Shown one piece after another: positions 39,625 to 48,104 of a stretch of 64,000 nt of DNA. The notes beneath the pieces are model-generated. The model was not told the DNA's origin. It saw only the letters and a program-made list of their open reading frames with translations, and did no database searches. This DNA is from Candidatus Kaiserbacteria bacterium. GTDB taxonomy: Bacteria > Patescibacteriota > Minisyncoccia > Phycocordibacterales > Phycocordibacteraceae. Location of the stretch: NCBI GenBank assembly GCA_023264445.1, contig JAHFMN010000002.1:2365-66364 (forward strand), given 5' to 3'. A program made the position numbers and the translations under genes. Position 1 is the first letter of the stretch. Every line of letters begins with the position of its first letter.

Positions 39625-40431
39625 CTAGCGAATTTCGTAGGTGATGGAGACCGAGGCGTTGTAGGTGTTCTCACCAGTCTGAATGTTCGGTGTTTCGGCT
39701 TTAGAAGCGACCATATCGCCACCCATGCCGTACGCATACATTGGATACGGGTAGCCGCCAGATGAGGCGCTGAAGTTTATAATCTTCCCGAGACGGACGC
39801 CGAGCTGGCTTGCGAGCAACTTCGCCTGTGATTTTGCCTTCGTAATTGCATCGGCACGAGCAGCATTGTACCCGGCAGTCGAATCGTCGAGCGCAAATGC
39901 CGGACCATTGAGGTTCTGTACCTCGAGTTTCCCGAGACCACCGAGCATCTCGCCGACCTTGGTAAGGTCGTGCACGGTGACCTGAATTGTCTCAGACACC
40001 TGGTAGCCAGTTACCTTCGGTGCGCGGGTATAGTCCGGACAAAGCATGCCAGGCACGCAGGGGTTCGGATAGGAATACTGTGGGGAGATGTTGTAAGAGA
40101 GCGTCTTTATATCTTTTTCGGCAATGCCCTGCTCTTTCACGAAATCAAGAGCCGCATTTGCTTGTTTGGTAGTCGATTCCTGTGCCGCAGCGACAGTCGC
40201 TGACACGTTCTCAACACTGAATGAAATGCGAGCAACATCCGGCGGCAGAGTCGCTTGTCCCTCACCCTGTACTGTAATCGTATCGGTTGCCGGGTTAGTT
40301 GAACGGCCGAAATTAGAGGTGAGCGTCAATGTTTCGGCGAGCAAGAAAAGCGAGAGAACGACGAGTGCGCCCGTGGCGGCCATGCGTATGCCCTTGTTTT
40401 CAAAAGCCTCGTGAAGGAAATTTTCGTTCAT
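39625..40431 (-). CDS. SIMPL/DUF541-family periplasmic protein (26 kDa periplasmic immunogenic protein-like)
   Basis: N-terminal TM/signal anchor; ITVQGEGQA...VARISFSVE pattern. Confidence 0.75.
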   Translation of the reverse strand: MNENFLHEAFENKGIRMAATGALVVLSLFLLAETLTLTSNFGRSTNPATDTITVQGEGQATLPPDVARISFSVENVSATVAAAQESTTKQANAALDFVKEQGIAEKDIKTLSYNISPQYSYPNPCVPGMLCPDYTRAPKVTGYQVSETIQVTVHDLTKVGEMLGGLGKLEVQNLNGPAFALDDSTAGYNAARADAITKAKSQAKLLASQLGVRLGKIINFSASSGGYPYPMYAYGMGGDMVASKAETPNIQTGENTYNASVSITYEIR

Positions 40432-40523
40432 ATGAATTAATGGTTATAGATTCAGTGCAATCCTACCAATAAGATACTCATTCTACAACGAAGGCGGGTG
40501 CGGCTAAGTACCGGCCCGCACCC

Positions 40524-41168
40524 CTACTCCCCCTGCAGGCCTATAAGAAGCTTACGGAGGGCAACAGCAGCAGGGAGTGTCGCCGTATCAAGACTCGGAT
40601 TGGTCCACTCCAATACGCCCCGGTCGATCGCGTCAAACCGCAGGACGTCGTTCCCGCGTGCAAGATAATATGCCGTATCCACGACTCCTTCGAAGCGCTC
40701 AATCAAGGCCACGGTAAAGCGGTGAGTGCCAAGTACCGTGGAAGAAAATGAAGTTGCGCTTACGGGCATGCCGGAGGCCCCGCCGATAGCCGTCTGCTGG
40801 ATGGTTGCAAGGGCGGTCGAGGACGCATTGATAGCATACCGACGAATGATGATACTCGCGGGTTCCGTCGAGGAAGATGTTCGCATCTCGTATGCGGCGA
40901 CACCCGATGCATCCGGAAGTTCCGCAGTAGTAAATCCTGCCGGTATCGCAAAGGCAATAGCGGCGTCTTTGAGCGAAATATTTGGCAACGAGCATTCTGG
41001 GAATGCGCAGGAGGAACCGGTACGCACGACTGAAGTACCATCGGGGCAGATACGCGCATCAACCGGGCAGGCGACTGGCTGATTCGGATGCTCCAGTGCA
41101 TTGCGGTACACCAATCCGCCGAAGCCGATAATGATAATGAGTAAAATACCAAGCAGTAAACTTTTCAT
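40524..41168 (-). CDS. Secreted hypothetical protein, 214 aa
   Basis: Signal peptide MKSLLLGILLIIIIGFGGLV and paired Cys residues. Confidence 0.55.
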   Translation of the reverse strand: MKSLLLGILLIIIIGFGGLVYRNALEHPNQPVACPVDARICPDGTSVVRTGSSCAFPECSLPNISLKDAAIAFAIPAGFTTAELPDASGVAAYEMRTSSSTEPASIIIRRYAINASSTALATIQQTAIGGASGMPVSATSFSSTVLGTHRFTVALIERFEGVVDTAYYLARGNDVLRFDAIDRGVLEWTNPSLDTATLPAAVALRKLLIGLQGE

Positions 41169-41358
41169 ACGCGCATACTATCACGAGTGAAAGAATCGGG
41201 GCGGCTATCGGGAATCGGCTACAACTCTCACCTCGCCGTCGCTTCGGTTCGGTCGCAGCCCCGCCTCACCATCTCGCCTGCTGGCTCGATATGGCTGTGG
41301 CATTCGATTCCCTGCCCGTGCATGCACGGGCTAGCTGCCAAAACGAGCTTGTGAGTTT

Positions 41359-41431
41359 GGGCGGCTATCGGGAATCGAACCCGAATTGAGAGCTCCACAA
41401 GCTCCAGTGTTAACCGTTACACCATAGCCGC
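41359..41431 (-). tRNA. tRNA-His (anticodon GUG) with an encoded G-1
   Basis: Manual cloverleaf: GCGGCUA acceptor with an extra 5' G opposite the C73 discriminator; anticodon loop UUGUGGA. Confidence 0.85.
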
Positions 41432-41472
41432 CATGCACAAGATTTTTATAACACAAATTCGTAAAATACGCC

Positions 41473-42015
41473 CTAATAGCGAGGGTTTTCTTCTTTGACG
41501 CCCGCAAGATGATTGACGAGGCGCGCAAGCGCAAAGAGGAGCGAAGAAAGGCGATTCATATATGCCTTGGTTGCGTCCGAGAGGAGGCGCACCTCCGCCT
41601 CGACGACAGCGACGAGGCGCCGCTCGGCTCTGCGCGAAAGCGTCCGCGCGACATCAAGGAGCGCGGAGAGTTCTGTCCCACCGGCGATGGAGAATCCTTT
41701 GATTGGAGGAATTTCTTTTTCAATACCATTGACGATATTCTCGATTTTTTTCACGACTTCATCACTTACCTTCTTATCGGCGCCAGCAACTTCCGCTTGA
41801 ATGATGAAAAGCGTTTCCTGTACATCCCGTACGATTTCAGCGACAAGCGGTTCCGCCAAACTGCGCATCTTCACAAAGCCGAGAAAGGCATTCAGTTCGT
41901 CCAGAGCGCCAAGTGCTTCCGGCAATTCAGAAGACTTTGATATCCGCTGTTGATCGCACCCGAAGACTTTTGTCGTCCCCCCATCCCCTTTACCTGTATA
42001 GAGCATAGAAAGCAT
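41473..42015 (-). CDS. ATP:cob(I)alamin adenosyltransferase, PduO-type (MMAB-like)
   Basis: N-terminus YTGKGDGGTTKVFGC and an ALDELNAFLG motif. Confidence 0.75.
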   Translation of the reverse strand: MLSMLYTGKGDGGTTKVFGCDQQRISKSSELPEALGALDELNAFLGFVKMRSLAEPLVAEIVRDVQETLFIIQAEVAGADKKVSDEVVKKIENIVNGIEKEIPPIKGFSIAGGTELSALLDVARTLSRRAERRLVAVVEAEVRLLSDATKAYMNRLSSLLFALARLVNHLAGVKEENPRY

Positions 42016-42040
42016 TATACACAGGCGTTCGGAGGGGGTA

Positions 42041-42091
42041 TTGACTTTTTATATCCACTATGATATAGTGGATATGGCTAAAACTAGGAGG
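42041..42091 (+). promoter_or_regulatory. Strong promoter: -35 TTGACT (42041-42046), 17 nt spacer, -10 TATAGT (42064-42069). A perfect 25-bp palindrome ATATCCACTAT-GA-TATAGTGGATAT at 42051-42075 overlaps the -10; AGGAGG Shine-Dalgarno at 42086-42091
   Basis: Consensus hexamers; palindrome with 11-bp arms. Confidence 0.5.
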
Positions 42092-42095
42092 GGCC

Positions 42096-42287
42096 ATGAC
42101 AGACGATTTACGTCATTTCCACCTGAGTTGGTCGGAACGGCTACTGAAGTGGCTGTCCGAATGCGGTGATTGGGCTGGTCGTTGGGCGGATAGCCCGTCA
42201 ATAGCAGGGCTTACTCGCGGGCAAGTCTTGCTTATTGCAATCCTTGCCGTAGCGATCACCGTCGATATCGGGGAACGGTTGACTTAG
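42096..42287 (+). CDS. Small protein of 63 aa with a C-terminal TM helix
   Basis: Strong promoter, Shine-Dalgarno sequence and downstream terminator. Confidence 0.45.
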   Translation: MTDDLRHFHLSWSERLLKWLSECGDWAGRWADSPSIAGLTRGQVLLIAILAVAITVDIGERLT

Positions 42288-42311
42288 GACCGATTCCTCG
42301 GACACCCCCTA

Positions 42312-42345
42312 AACCCGGAGCGCATGCGCTCCGGGTTTCTTGTTT
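42312..42345 (+). terminator. Intrinsic terminator: ACCCGGAGCGC-AT-GCGCTCCGGGT followed by TTCTTGTTTTGT
   Basis: Perfect 11 bp stem followed by a T-rich tract. Confidence 0.65.
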
Positions 42346-42499
42346 TGTGCGAAGGAGCTCGGTCAGGAATAATTTGCTCGCCGTCGCTCGCAAATTTTCA
42401 CGACCCTGCCTCGCGGTTTCGCCTGCTGACGAAACATCGCTCCGGCATTCGAGTCCTCTCACACAAAGCGCGCAGGCGCTTTGCTCTGCGTACAAAATG

Positions 42500-42523
42500 A
42501 AAAAGCGCCTTTCGGCGTTTTTT
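42500..42523 (-). terminator. Terminator-like hairpin downstream of tRNA-Leu(GAG); A and T runs on both sides
   Basis: AAAAAGCGCC-TTTC-GGCGTTTTTT. Confidence 0.45.
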
Positions 42524-42530
42524 CATTTTG

Positions 42531-42614
42531 TGCGCAGGAGAGGACTCGAACCTCCAATCCCTTGCGGGAGCTACCACCTCAAGGTAGTGCGTCTACCAAT
42601 TTCGCCACCTGCGC
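42531..42614 (-). tRNA. tRNA-Leu (anticodon GAG), type II with a long variable arm
   Basis: Manual cloverleaf, 84 nt, anticodon loop UUGAGGU. Confidence 0.85.
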
Positions 42615-42625
42615 AGGTGAGAACA

Positions 42626-43123
42626 CTATACTACCACTTCTTCTTTCTTTTCCTCGACAACTGGCGCGACTTCTTCAGCTATAGCTTCTGGAGCTATTTC
42701 CTCCGTCGCAATCGTCTCATCGCTCTTTATATTCAGCATGCGCGCGTTGCGGAGCTGACGGCGGACTGCCTTCGCCGCCTTCTCGCGAATGAAGTAGAGC
42801 TTCGCGCGGCGGACTTTAGAGCGCTTCACGATTTCGATGGAATCGATAACTGGAGAGTAGAGCGGGAAGGTCTTTTCAACGCCGACGCCAGAAAGCGTTG
42901 CGCGAACAGTGAACATCCCCCCTGCTTCCCTCCCATGCTTAGTGGAAAGGACGAGGCCCTCAAATACCTGCTTACGGGCATTCTTCACGGTCTTCTCTTT
43001 CTTGTCGGTGCCGCGACCCTTCTTGAGCTCGATGATGTTTTGAGTGACGCGCACCGTATCGCCCGCGCGAATACCAAGCTTCGCGCGCCCTTCGACATTG
43101 ACCGGTGTGATGACTTTCTGCAT
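42626..43123 (-). CDS. rplS: 50S ribosomal protein L19 with an acidic C-terminal extension
   Basis: VRVTQNIIE...GRAKLYFIR pattern. Confidence 0.9.
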   Translation of the reverse strand: MQKVITPVNVEGRAKLGIRAGDTVRVTQNIIELKKGRGTDKKEKTVKNARKQVFEGLVLSTKHGREAGGMFTVRATLSGVGVEKTFPLYSPVIDSIEIVKRSKVRRAKLYFIREKAAKAVRRQLRNARMLNIKSDETIATEEIAPEAIAEEVAPVVEEKKEEVVV

Positions 43124-43138
43124 GTGCCGCGCACTCTA

Positions 43139-43876
43139 TCACGCGTTTGGCGGAGGAGCAAATTTCGCTGCATCAGGAAAATGGGCAAACGCCGGAGCGA
43201 GATCATCGGGAATCGGTGCAATGATATGCGCGCGTTTCCCTGATGGAAGCGGGAGATCAAGCTCATAAGCATGCAAGCCGAGGCGAGTGACGCCGAGAGC
43301 CGGTTCGCGTTTTGGCGCATAGAGCGCGTCTCCCACGATAGGGTGATGAATTGCCTTGAGATGAACGCGAATCTGATGCGTCCTGCCGGTTTCCGGGCTC
43401 ATCTTCATGAGCGCATAGTCACCCGACTCGCCCACCACTTCATAGTGGGTGAGCGCTTCCCGCAAACGGCCTTTCGCTTTCGGCTGGGCGCTTCTCAAGC
43501 GGAAATCGCTTCGCGAGCGGCCGATGGAGAAATCGATGACGCCTTTTTTCTGCTTCGGCACGCCATAGACAAATGCCAGATAGGATTTCTTCACCTCCCT
43601 ATCGTGAAATGCTTTGCGTAAAAATTCATATGCCGCGGTATTTTTTGCGAATACCAATACCCCGGATGTATCTCTATCGAGCCGGTGCACGTACCCGGCG
43701 CCCTCGGGATATGTTTCTGTAAACCAATCCTCGGCGGTCGCTTCCTGCGTGCGGCCGTCAGAGTGCGTGATGAGTCCTGCGGGCTTCGCGACCGCAACGA
43801 CATCCGCATCCTCATATAAAATAGGAAGTCTTGCCCCGTTTGAACGCGAGTCTTCGAGCTTTCTAATGGGGTCCAT
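43139..43876 (-). CDS. RluA-family pseudouridine synthase
   Basis: HRLDRDTSG catalytic motif; start taken at MDPIRKLED. Confidence 0.85.
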   Translation of the reverse strand: MDPIRKLEDSRSNGARLPILYEDADVVAVAKPAGLITHSDGRTQEATAEDWFTETYPEGAGYVHRLDRDTSGVLVFAKNTAAYEFLRKAFHDREVKKSYLAFVYGVPKQKKGVIDFSIGRSRSDFRLRSAQPKAKGRLREALTHYEVVGESGDYALMKMSPETGRTHQIRVHLKAIHHPIVGDALYAPKREPALGVTRLGLHAYELDLPLPSGKRAHIIAPIPDDLAPAFAHFPDAAKFAPPPNA

Positions 43877-43898
43877 CACTTCACCGTAGCACGTCCAC

Positions 43899-44591
43899 TT
43901 ACTTCCCGCGGCGCCGCTCGCGAGATGCGAATTCCGAGAGGATGTCGTCAAGATGCTTCTCCGTAAATGCCGGCCACTTCGTGTCGGTAAAGAAAAATTC
44001 GCTGTACGCGGCCTGCCAGAGGAGGAAATTGGAAAGACGCTCTTCTCCGCTTGTACGAATGATGACGTCAGGATCCGGCATCTCGGCACTCCAGAAATGA
44101 GCATGCAAGGATTCTTCGGTGATGGGTTCGCCTGTCGCCGCAGCGGTTGCTGCTGCAGCGGTGATTTCCGCACGACTGCCGTAGGATAAACACACCCATA
44201 ATGTGTATTCATGCGCGGCACTCTCTCGCTCTAGACGTTCTATGAGTTCAAGCACGTCCGGTGCGAAACGGTCGCGAGTACCGATGAAGCGTATGCGAAT
44301 ATTCTCCTTCGCGAGTTCCTGCAGCCCTTTCTGCGCCGCCTCGCGCAACAAGTTCATGAGATACGACACTTCTTCGACTTCCCTGTTCCAATTCTCGGTT
44401 GAGAACGCATAGACGACGAGATGTCGTATGCCGCGATCGCGCACCCAGCGCGCGCAATCCAGAAGACGTTCATATCCACGGCGATGGCCTTCTAGTTTTG
44501 GCATTCCCTGTTCCTTCGCCCAGCGGCGGTTGCCATCCATGATGATGCCGATGCAAGATGGTGCATCGGCTCCTATGGCGCGTTCATTCAT
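43899..44591 (-). CDS. uppS: Undecaprenyl diphosphate synthase
   Basis: IMDGNRRWA motif. Confidence 0.92.
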   Translation of the reverse strand: MNERAIGADAPSCIGIIMDGNRRWAKEQGMPKLEGHRRGYERLLDCARWVRDRGIRHLVVYAFSTENWNREVEEVSYLMNLLREAAQKGLQELAKENIRIRFIGTRDRFAPDVLELIERLERESAAHEYTLWVCLSYGSRAEITAAAATAAATGEPITEESLHAHFWSAEMPDPDVIIRTSGEERLSNFLLWQAAYSEFFFTDTKWPAFTEKHLDDILSEFASRERRRGK

Positions 44592-44630
44592 ATACGTATC
44601 AACCTGTATAACATGAATTTTAGTTTCAAG

Positions 44631-44703
44631 TGCACCCTGAGGGGCTCGAACCCCCGACCTTCGCAGTGTAAATGCGCTGCTCTACCAACTGAGCTAAGGG
44701 TGC
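44631..44703 (-). tRNA. tRNA-Val (anticodon UAC)
   Basis: Manual cloverleaf, 73 nt, anticodon loop UUUACAC; one G-A mismatch at positions 27-43. Confidence 0.8.
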
Positions 44704-44724
44704 ATCATTCCATTATCGCACTTG

Positions 44725-44806
44725 TGGGCATGGGGAGACTCGAACTCCCAAGTCTTGCGACATACGCTTCTGAGACGTACGCGTATACCAATTCCGCCAC
44801 ATGCCC
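44725..44806 (-). tRNA. tRNA-Leu (anticodon CAG), type II
   Basis: Manual cloverleaf, 82 nt, anticodon loop CUCAGAA. Confidence 0.85.
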
Positions 44807-44901
44807 TTCGCTAAGACCATACTATATGAAGGGGTGCCAAACACAAACAGCATTGTATTTCAGGTATATTCTGTTAGCGTGGCCCGAGAAAGGAGGTTCA
44901 C

Positions 44902-45099
44902 ATGTTCCCGAAAGCGACAGATATCATAGCGGCGAGCGTGTTCGCGCTGATAGCATCATGCATCTTCGGCTTCGTCATCGCGGCCATCATTCAGCCATGG
45001 GTTGGCTTGAAGACCGGTTGGATCGTTTCATTTCTCGTGCTTCTCTGTATATCTGAATTGCCAATCATCGGCATATGGGTACGGGATCGGTTTTTCTAG
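44902..45099 (+). CDS. Small membrane protein, 65 aa, two TM helices
   Basis: AGGAGG Shine-Dalgarno 5 nt upstream; hydrophobic. Confidence 0.45.
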   Translation: MFPKATDIIAASVFALIASCIFGFVIAAIIQPWVGLKTGWIVSFLVLLCISELPIIGIWVRDRFF

Positions 45100-45136
45100 C
45101 GGCGCATACTTCTGCAAGTATGCGCCGCTTCACTAT

Positions 45137-45310
45137 AGTGCACCGTATCGAGGCACATCTCGAACTTTTCCTAAGAGAGCCAAGAGGTGCGTCCATAAAC
45201 AAGTGGGGAGAGCTTGCTCTGAGTGCATGAGCTATCGCGGCCTGGCGAAGAAGATCATGCGTGGTCTGGATGAGAACCATGATGAAAATACCCAGCTTGA
45301 CTGAATAATT
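45137..45310. repeat. Repeat R1 copy a, about 150-170 bp. The first 75 nt are about 96% identical to copy b at 45836-45990, and the 5' edge resembles the tRNA-Arg 3' end (tGGTGCaCCG)
   Basis: Pairwise alignment by eye. Confidence 0.7.
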
Positions 45311-45357
45311 ATGGGTTGTAAGGTGCAGAGAGAAGTTCCCCACGCCACAACCTAAGG

Positions 45358-45636
45358 GTGAATCACATGGACAAAGAAGATAAAGAGTTGGTACTGGAGT
45401 TCTGTCGTGAAATGAAGGAGTTGATGGCAACAAAAACGGATCTCGGAGCACTGGCGAAGAAAGAGGACATAAGAAGCCTGGGCGCCACTCTGGATCGCAT
45501 GATGTTGGAGAGGCATATAACAATAAGACGTATGCCTCCCGAAAATCCACCTACCGCGTGGCCGTCGAATCCATGGAGAAATGACGTGTTTCGCGCAGTA
45601 CGAGCTGGTTCAGTATCAGGCCCGCGCTACCGCTAA
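45358..45636 (+). CDS. Cassette ORF X1, about 90 aa, with a coiled-coil-like N-terminus (start GTG 45358 or ATG 45367)
   Basis: Followed by a strong terminator; unique sequence flanked by conserved blocks. Confidence 0.4.
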   Translation: MNHMDKEDKELVLEFCREMKELMATKTDLGALAKKEDIRSLGATLDRMMLERHITIRRMPPENPPTAWPSNPWRNDVFRAVRAGSVSGPRYR

Positions 45637-45658
45637 TGAGAAAGTTGAAAATGAGCCT

Positions 45659-45688
45659 GAAGGCCACGAATGTGGCCTTTGCTTTTCG
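45659..45688 (+). terminator. Intrinsic terminator: AAGGCCACG-AA-TGTGGCCTT followed by TGCTTTTC
   Basis: 9 bp stem. Confidence 0.6.
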
Positions 45689-45689
45689 C

Positions 45690-45835
45690 AAGAGTTCGAT
45701 TCCTGTGCGGGTTGAGCTCATCCGTGTCTCGTCTGGCAGGATGTCACGTCATTTGGAGAAAAGGAAAACGGCTCGTAGGTAAGCCGTTTTCCTTTGGATG
45801 TGGGGGAAATGTGCCTGTGTGGCACGTTTCCACTC
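45690..45835. repeat. Repeat R3 copy a, about 150 bp. It is homologous to 46425-46576 and contains an 11-bp inverted repeat GGAAAACGGCT/AGCCGTTTTCC and a GTGCC...GGCAC hairpin
   Basis: Alignment by eye; a 1-nt indel argues for a noncoding function. Confidence 0.7.
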
Positions 45836-45990
45836 CTGGTGCACCGTATCGAGGCACAACTCGAACTTTTCCTAAGAGAGCTAAGAGGTGCGTCCATAAA
45901 CAAGTGAGGAGAGCGTGCCCTCGTTGCGCGAATTACCGCGGCTTGGCGAAAGAGATCATACATGGCCTCGGCGACTTGACTGAAGAGGCA
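45836..45990. repeat. Repeat R1 copy b; begins cctGGTGCACCG
   Basis: See R1a. Confidence 0.7.
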
Positions 45991-46083
45991 GGAGTTGTAG
46001 AGTAGTGAAAGAACCCCTTTCTTTCCTTGTCAGCAAGAAGTCCGCATATCCGATGTGAATTTCTACTGATGAAGGAGACAGGC

Positions 46084-46377
46084 ATGGGTGCAACGGAAGT
46101 AAAAAACGAGTCATCGACTGTACCGCGATATGTCGTGGAGAATCCCCGAGTGCGGTTTGGAACTCTTCAAGAACCCGTCTTGTTCAAACTTTGCAATCCA
46201 AGCCGCAACGAGAATGGGAGGATTTATCTGAAGTTCTGGAGGGGGCGTTGGCCGATGGGTGTATGTTTGGGAGAGGATGGTAACCCTGTCCAATCTTGTT
46301 CATCGAATGACGGGACTCTCATAGCGCCAACACCCCTCACCTGGGTAGTTGTCGTTAAGAAGCACACCGTGGAATAA
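46084..46377 (+). CDS. Cassette ORF X2, 97 aa (MGATEVKNESS...), a beta-rich small protein
   Basis: AAGGAGA Shine-Dalgarno 6 nt upstream; followed by a strong terminator. Confidence 0.45.
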   Translation: MGATEVKNESSTVPRYVVENPRVRFGTLQEPVLFKLCNPSRNENGRIYLKFWRGRWPMGVCLGEDGNPVQSCSSNDGTLIAPTPLTWVVVVKKHTVE

Positions 46378-46397
46378 CTGGGGCACGCTGTGAATCT

Positions 46398-46424
46398 GAG
46401 GCCACGAACGTGGCCTCTTTTCTA
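46398..46424 (+). terminator. Intrinsic terminator: GAGGCCACG-AA-CGTGGCCTC followed by TTTTCTATTC
   Basis: Perfect 9 bp stem. Confidence 0.6.
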
Positions 46425-46576
46425 TTCAAAAAGTTCGATTCCTGTGTGGGTTGAGCTCATCCATGTCTCGCCTGGCACGATTTCGTACCACTGGAGAAAG
46501 GAAAAGTGGCTTACAGGTAAGGCGCTTTTCCTCTTGATGACGTGAGAATGTGCCTACCTGGCACATTCTCTAATCC
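46425..46576. repeat. Repeat R3 copy b, directly abutting the 3' end of tRNA-Arg(TCT)
   Basis: See R3a; stems preserved with U-G / C-G substitutions. Confidence 0.7.
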
Positions 46577-46651
46577 TGGTGCCCCGAGCTGGAATCGAAC
46601 CAACATCAACGGCTTAGAAGTCCGCTGCACTATCCATTGTGCTATCGGGGC
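46577..46651 (-). tRNA. tRNA-Arg (anticodon UCU) with an encoded CCA
   Basis: Manual cloverleaf, 75 nt; anticodon loop CUUCUAA; A31-G39 mismatch. Confidence 0.8.
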
Positions 46652-46685
46652 GATGTCACTCCCTCTACCCTAACTCATTGCGAGG

Positions 46686-46994
46686 TCATTGCGAAGGGTC
46701 GGTGAAGCGATACACGCCCGTCTCGTATTTTGCTTCTTCGGTTGCATGATTAAGGAAAACAGTACGGATTTCTTCGAGGGAGGAGTCAGTGAGGGACGCT
46801 CCTGTTCTGGCTGACGGCGTACCGATAATCCCTCCACCCGCAACCGTGTCAAATGCCCATATATTCCACACAATGATGCCAGCAAGCGCTATGGCCCCGA
46901 GCGTCAGTAGGATGAGCCAGTCGCGCACCGGATCAAGCTCCGTATCAATATGTACACGCTTCAGGAAAGAATTGAGGAAATTAGAGGTGGGCAT
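46686..46994 (-). CDS. Hypothetical membrane protein of 102 aa, the last gene of the pilMNO operon (possible PilP analogue)
   Basis: One TM helix; co-directional with pilO and overlapping its stop. Confidence 0.45.
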   Translation of the reverse strand: MPTSNFLNSFLKRVHIDTELDPVRDWLILLTLGAIALAGIIVWNIWAFDTVAGGGIIGTPSARTGASLTDSSLEEIRTVFLNHATEEAKYETGVYRFTDPSQ

Positions 46995-47553
46995 GGTGAA
47001 GAAGTGAAAGGATGATGGTGCTTGACTCTCTCGCCGACGAACGCGCAGCCGGAACGGAACCGACGAGCAGCTTTATGTCAGCATGCCAGCTTCGTTTATC
47101 GCCCTGTGAGAGTGAGAGCGCCGACACTGAAAGGTCGTAAGGAGCATATTCGATTGAACCGACGGTGCGCATGACCGCATCGAATGTCCCTTCGATAGTG
47201 AACGCAAAGGCGATCGTGGGTTGCGCCGGCGTGCCAGCTGTGGCGACTGACGAGACACTTACCGCAGCTCCATGTACTTTTCCTTTCTTTTCAAGCACAT
47301 CGATGAAAGCGACCACTCCGCTCTCCGGAACGAAGAAATTCTGTACGGTCGCCTCATCGCCTGCGATGCCAGCAAGCGTTGCGCGTGCCGCAGTGATGCG
47401 GTGTGCGGTTTCGGTCTTCGCATCGATTTGGTTCTGGAGGTCTGCTACCACTGCACTTTTGGCGGTAATGGCTCCATACCATATCCCATAGCCGACCAGT
47501 ACGACTATGCAGACGATGAGCGCGCTGACCAGATGCCAAAAAGTAGATTTCAT
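46981..47553 (-). CDS. pilO: Type IV pilus assembly protein PilO-like
   Basis: N-terminal TM helix, coiled coil LQNQIDAKTETAHRITAARATL, and operon context. Confidence 0.6.
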   Translation of the reverse strand: MKSTFWHLVSALIVCIVVLVGYGIWYGAITAKSAVVADLQNQIDAKTETAHRITAARATLAGIAGDEATVQNFFVPESGVVAFIDVLEKKGKVHGAAVSVSSVATAGTPAQPTIAFAFTIEGTFDAVMRTVGSIEYAPYDLSVSALSLSQGDKRSWHADIKLLVGSVPAARSSARESSTIILSLLHHAHL

Positions 47554-48104
47554 GATGCAAGGGTCACGATGATGGTAAAGGAGATGTTGGTGTCTTTCGC
47601 GTACGTAGAGACCGGTAGATCAGCCGATGCGGCGAATGGCGCGCTTGAGAGTGCAATCTGATAGCCGCGCAGCACATCGCGCGTCGCAGCATTGCCGGAG
47701 ATTTTGAGTGTCGCTGGGACCTTCGGCGCAGCCGGCGTATAGGTGAACCCCGAGAGAGTCACGCCCGTGTGGGCGACGGCGAGTGCATTGCGAATAGTCG
47801 CGCTTGCAGAAGGAGTCTTGCCAAGTGCAATCAGGAGCGCCGCATCCCCCGAAAGCGCGGCGAGGCGAGCGGAGAGTGCTTTTTCTTCTGCCGAAGAAAA
47901 AGCGGATTCTATGTGTGCAAGATGTTTTTCCTTTGTGTCCATACTCTTCGCGAGGAACATATAGGTCGGAATCGACAAGAGAATCGCTGCAAACACAAGC
48001 ACGGTCAAAAGTATCGCCGTAATCACCCCGAGACGCATGAGGTAATCGCGCGAAAGCGCGCGTTGTCGTTCCGGAGGAAGCAGATTGGTACGTTCGTTAT
48101 GCAT
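47550..48104 (-). CDS. pilN: Type IV pilus assembly protein PilN-like
   Basis: N-terminus TNLLPPERQ then a TM helix; start taken at MHNERTNLLPP. Confidence 0.65.
   Translation of the reverse strand: MHNERTNLLPPERQRALSRDYLMRLGVITAILLTVLVFAAILLSIPTYMFLAKSMDTKEKHLAHIESAFSSAEEKALSARLAALSGDAALLIALGKTPSASATIRNALAVAHTGVTLSGFTYTPAAPKVPATLKISGNAATRDVLRGYQIALSSAPFAASADLPVSTYAKDTNISFTIIVTLAS

Noticed and set aside
41331-41534. 67-aa minus-strand ORF
   Set aside because: It overlaps the tRNA-His gene.
42347-43243. 298-aa plus-strand ORF
   Set aside because: It runs through tRNA-Leu(GAG), its terminator and the rplS antisense strand.
45670-46005. 111-aa plus-strand ORF spanning R3a plus R1b with a Cys-rich tail (RCVHKQVRRACPRC)
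   Set aside because: The R3 portion is not frame-conserved between copies (1-nt indel) and copy a lacks any start codon. I therefore treat it as a conserved DNA/RNA element with a possible pseudogene remnant and not as a gene.
45100-46600. Considered a CRISPR array because of the repeated blocks
   Set aside because: There are only two copies each of two long repeats (150-190 bp) with unique ORFs and terminators between them. No short regular direct repeats or spacers are present.
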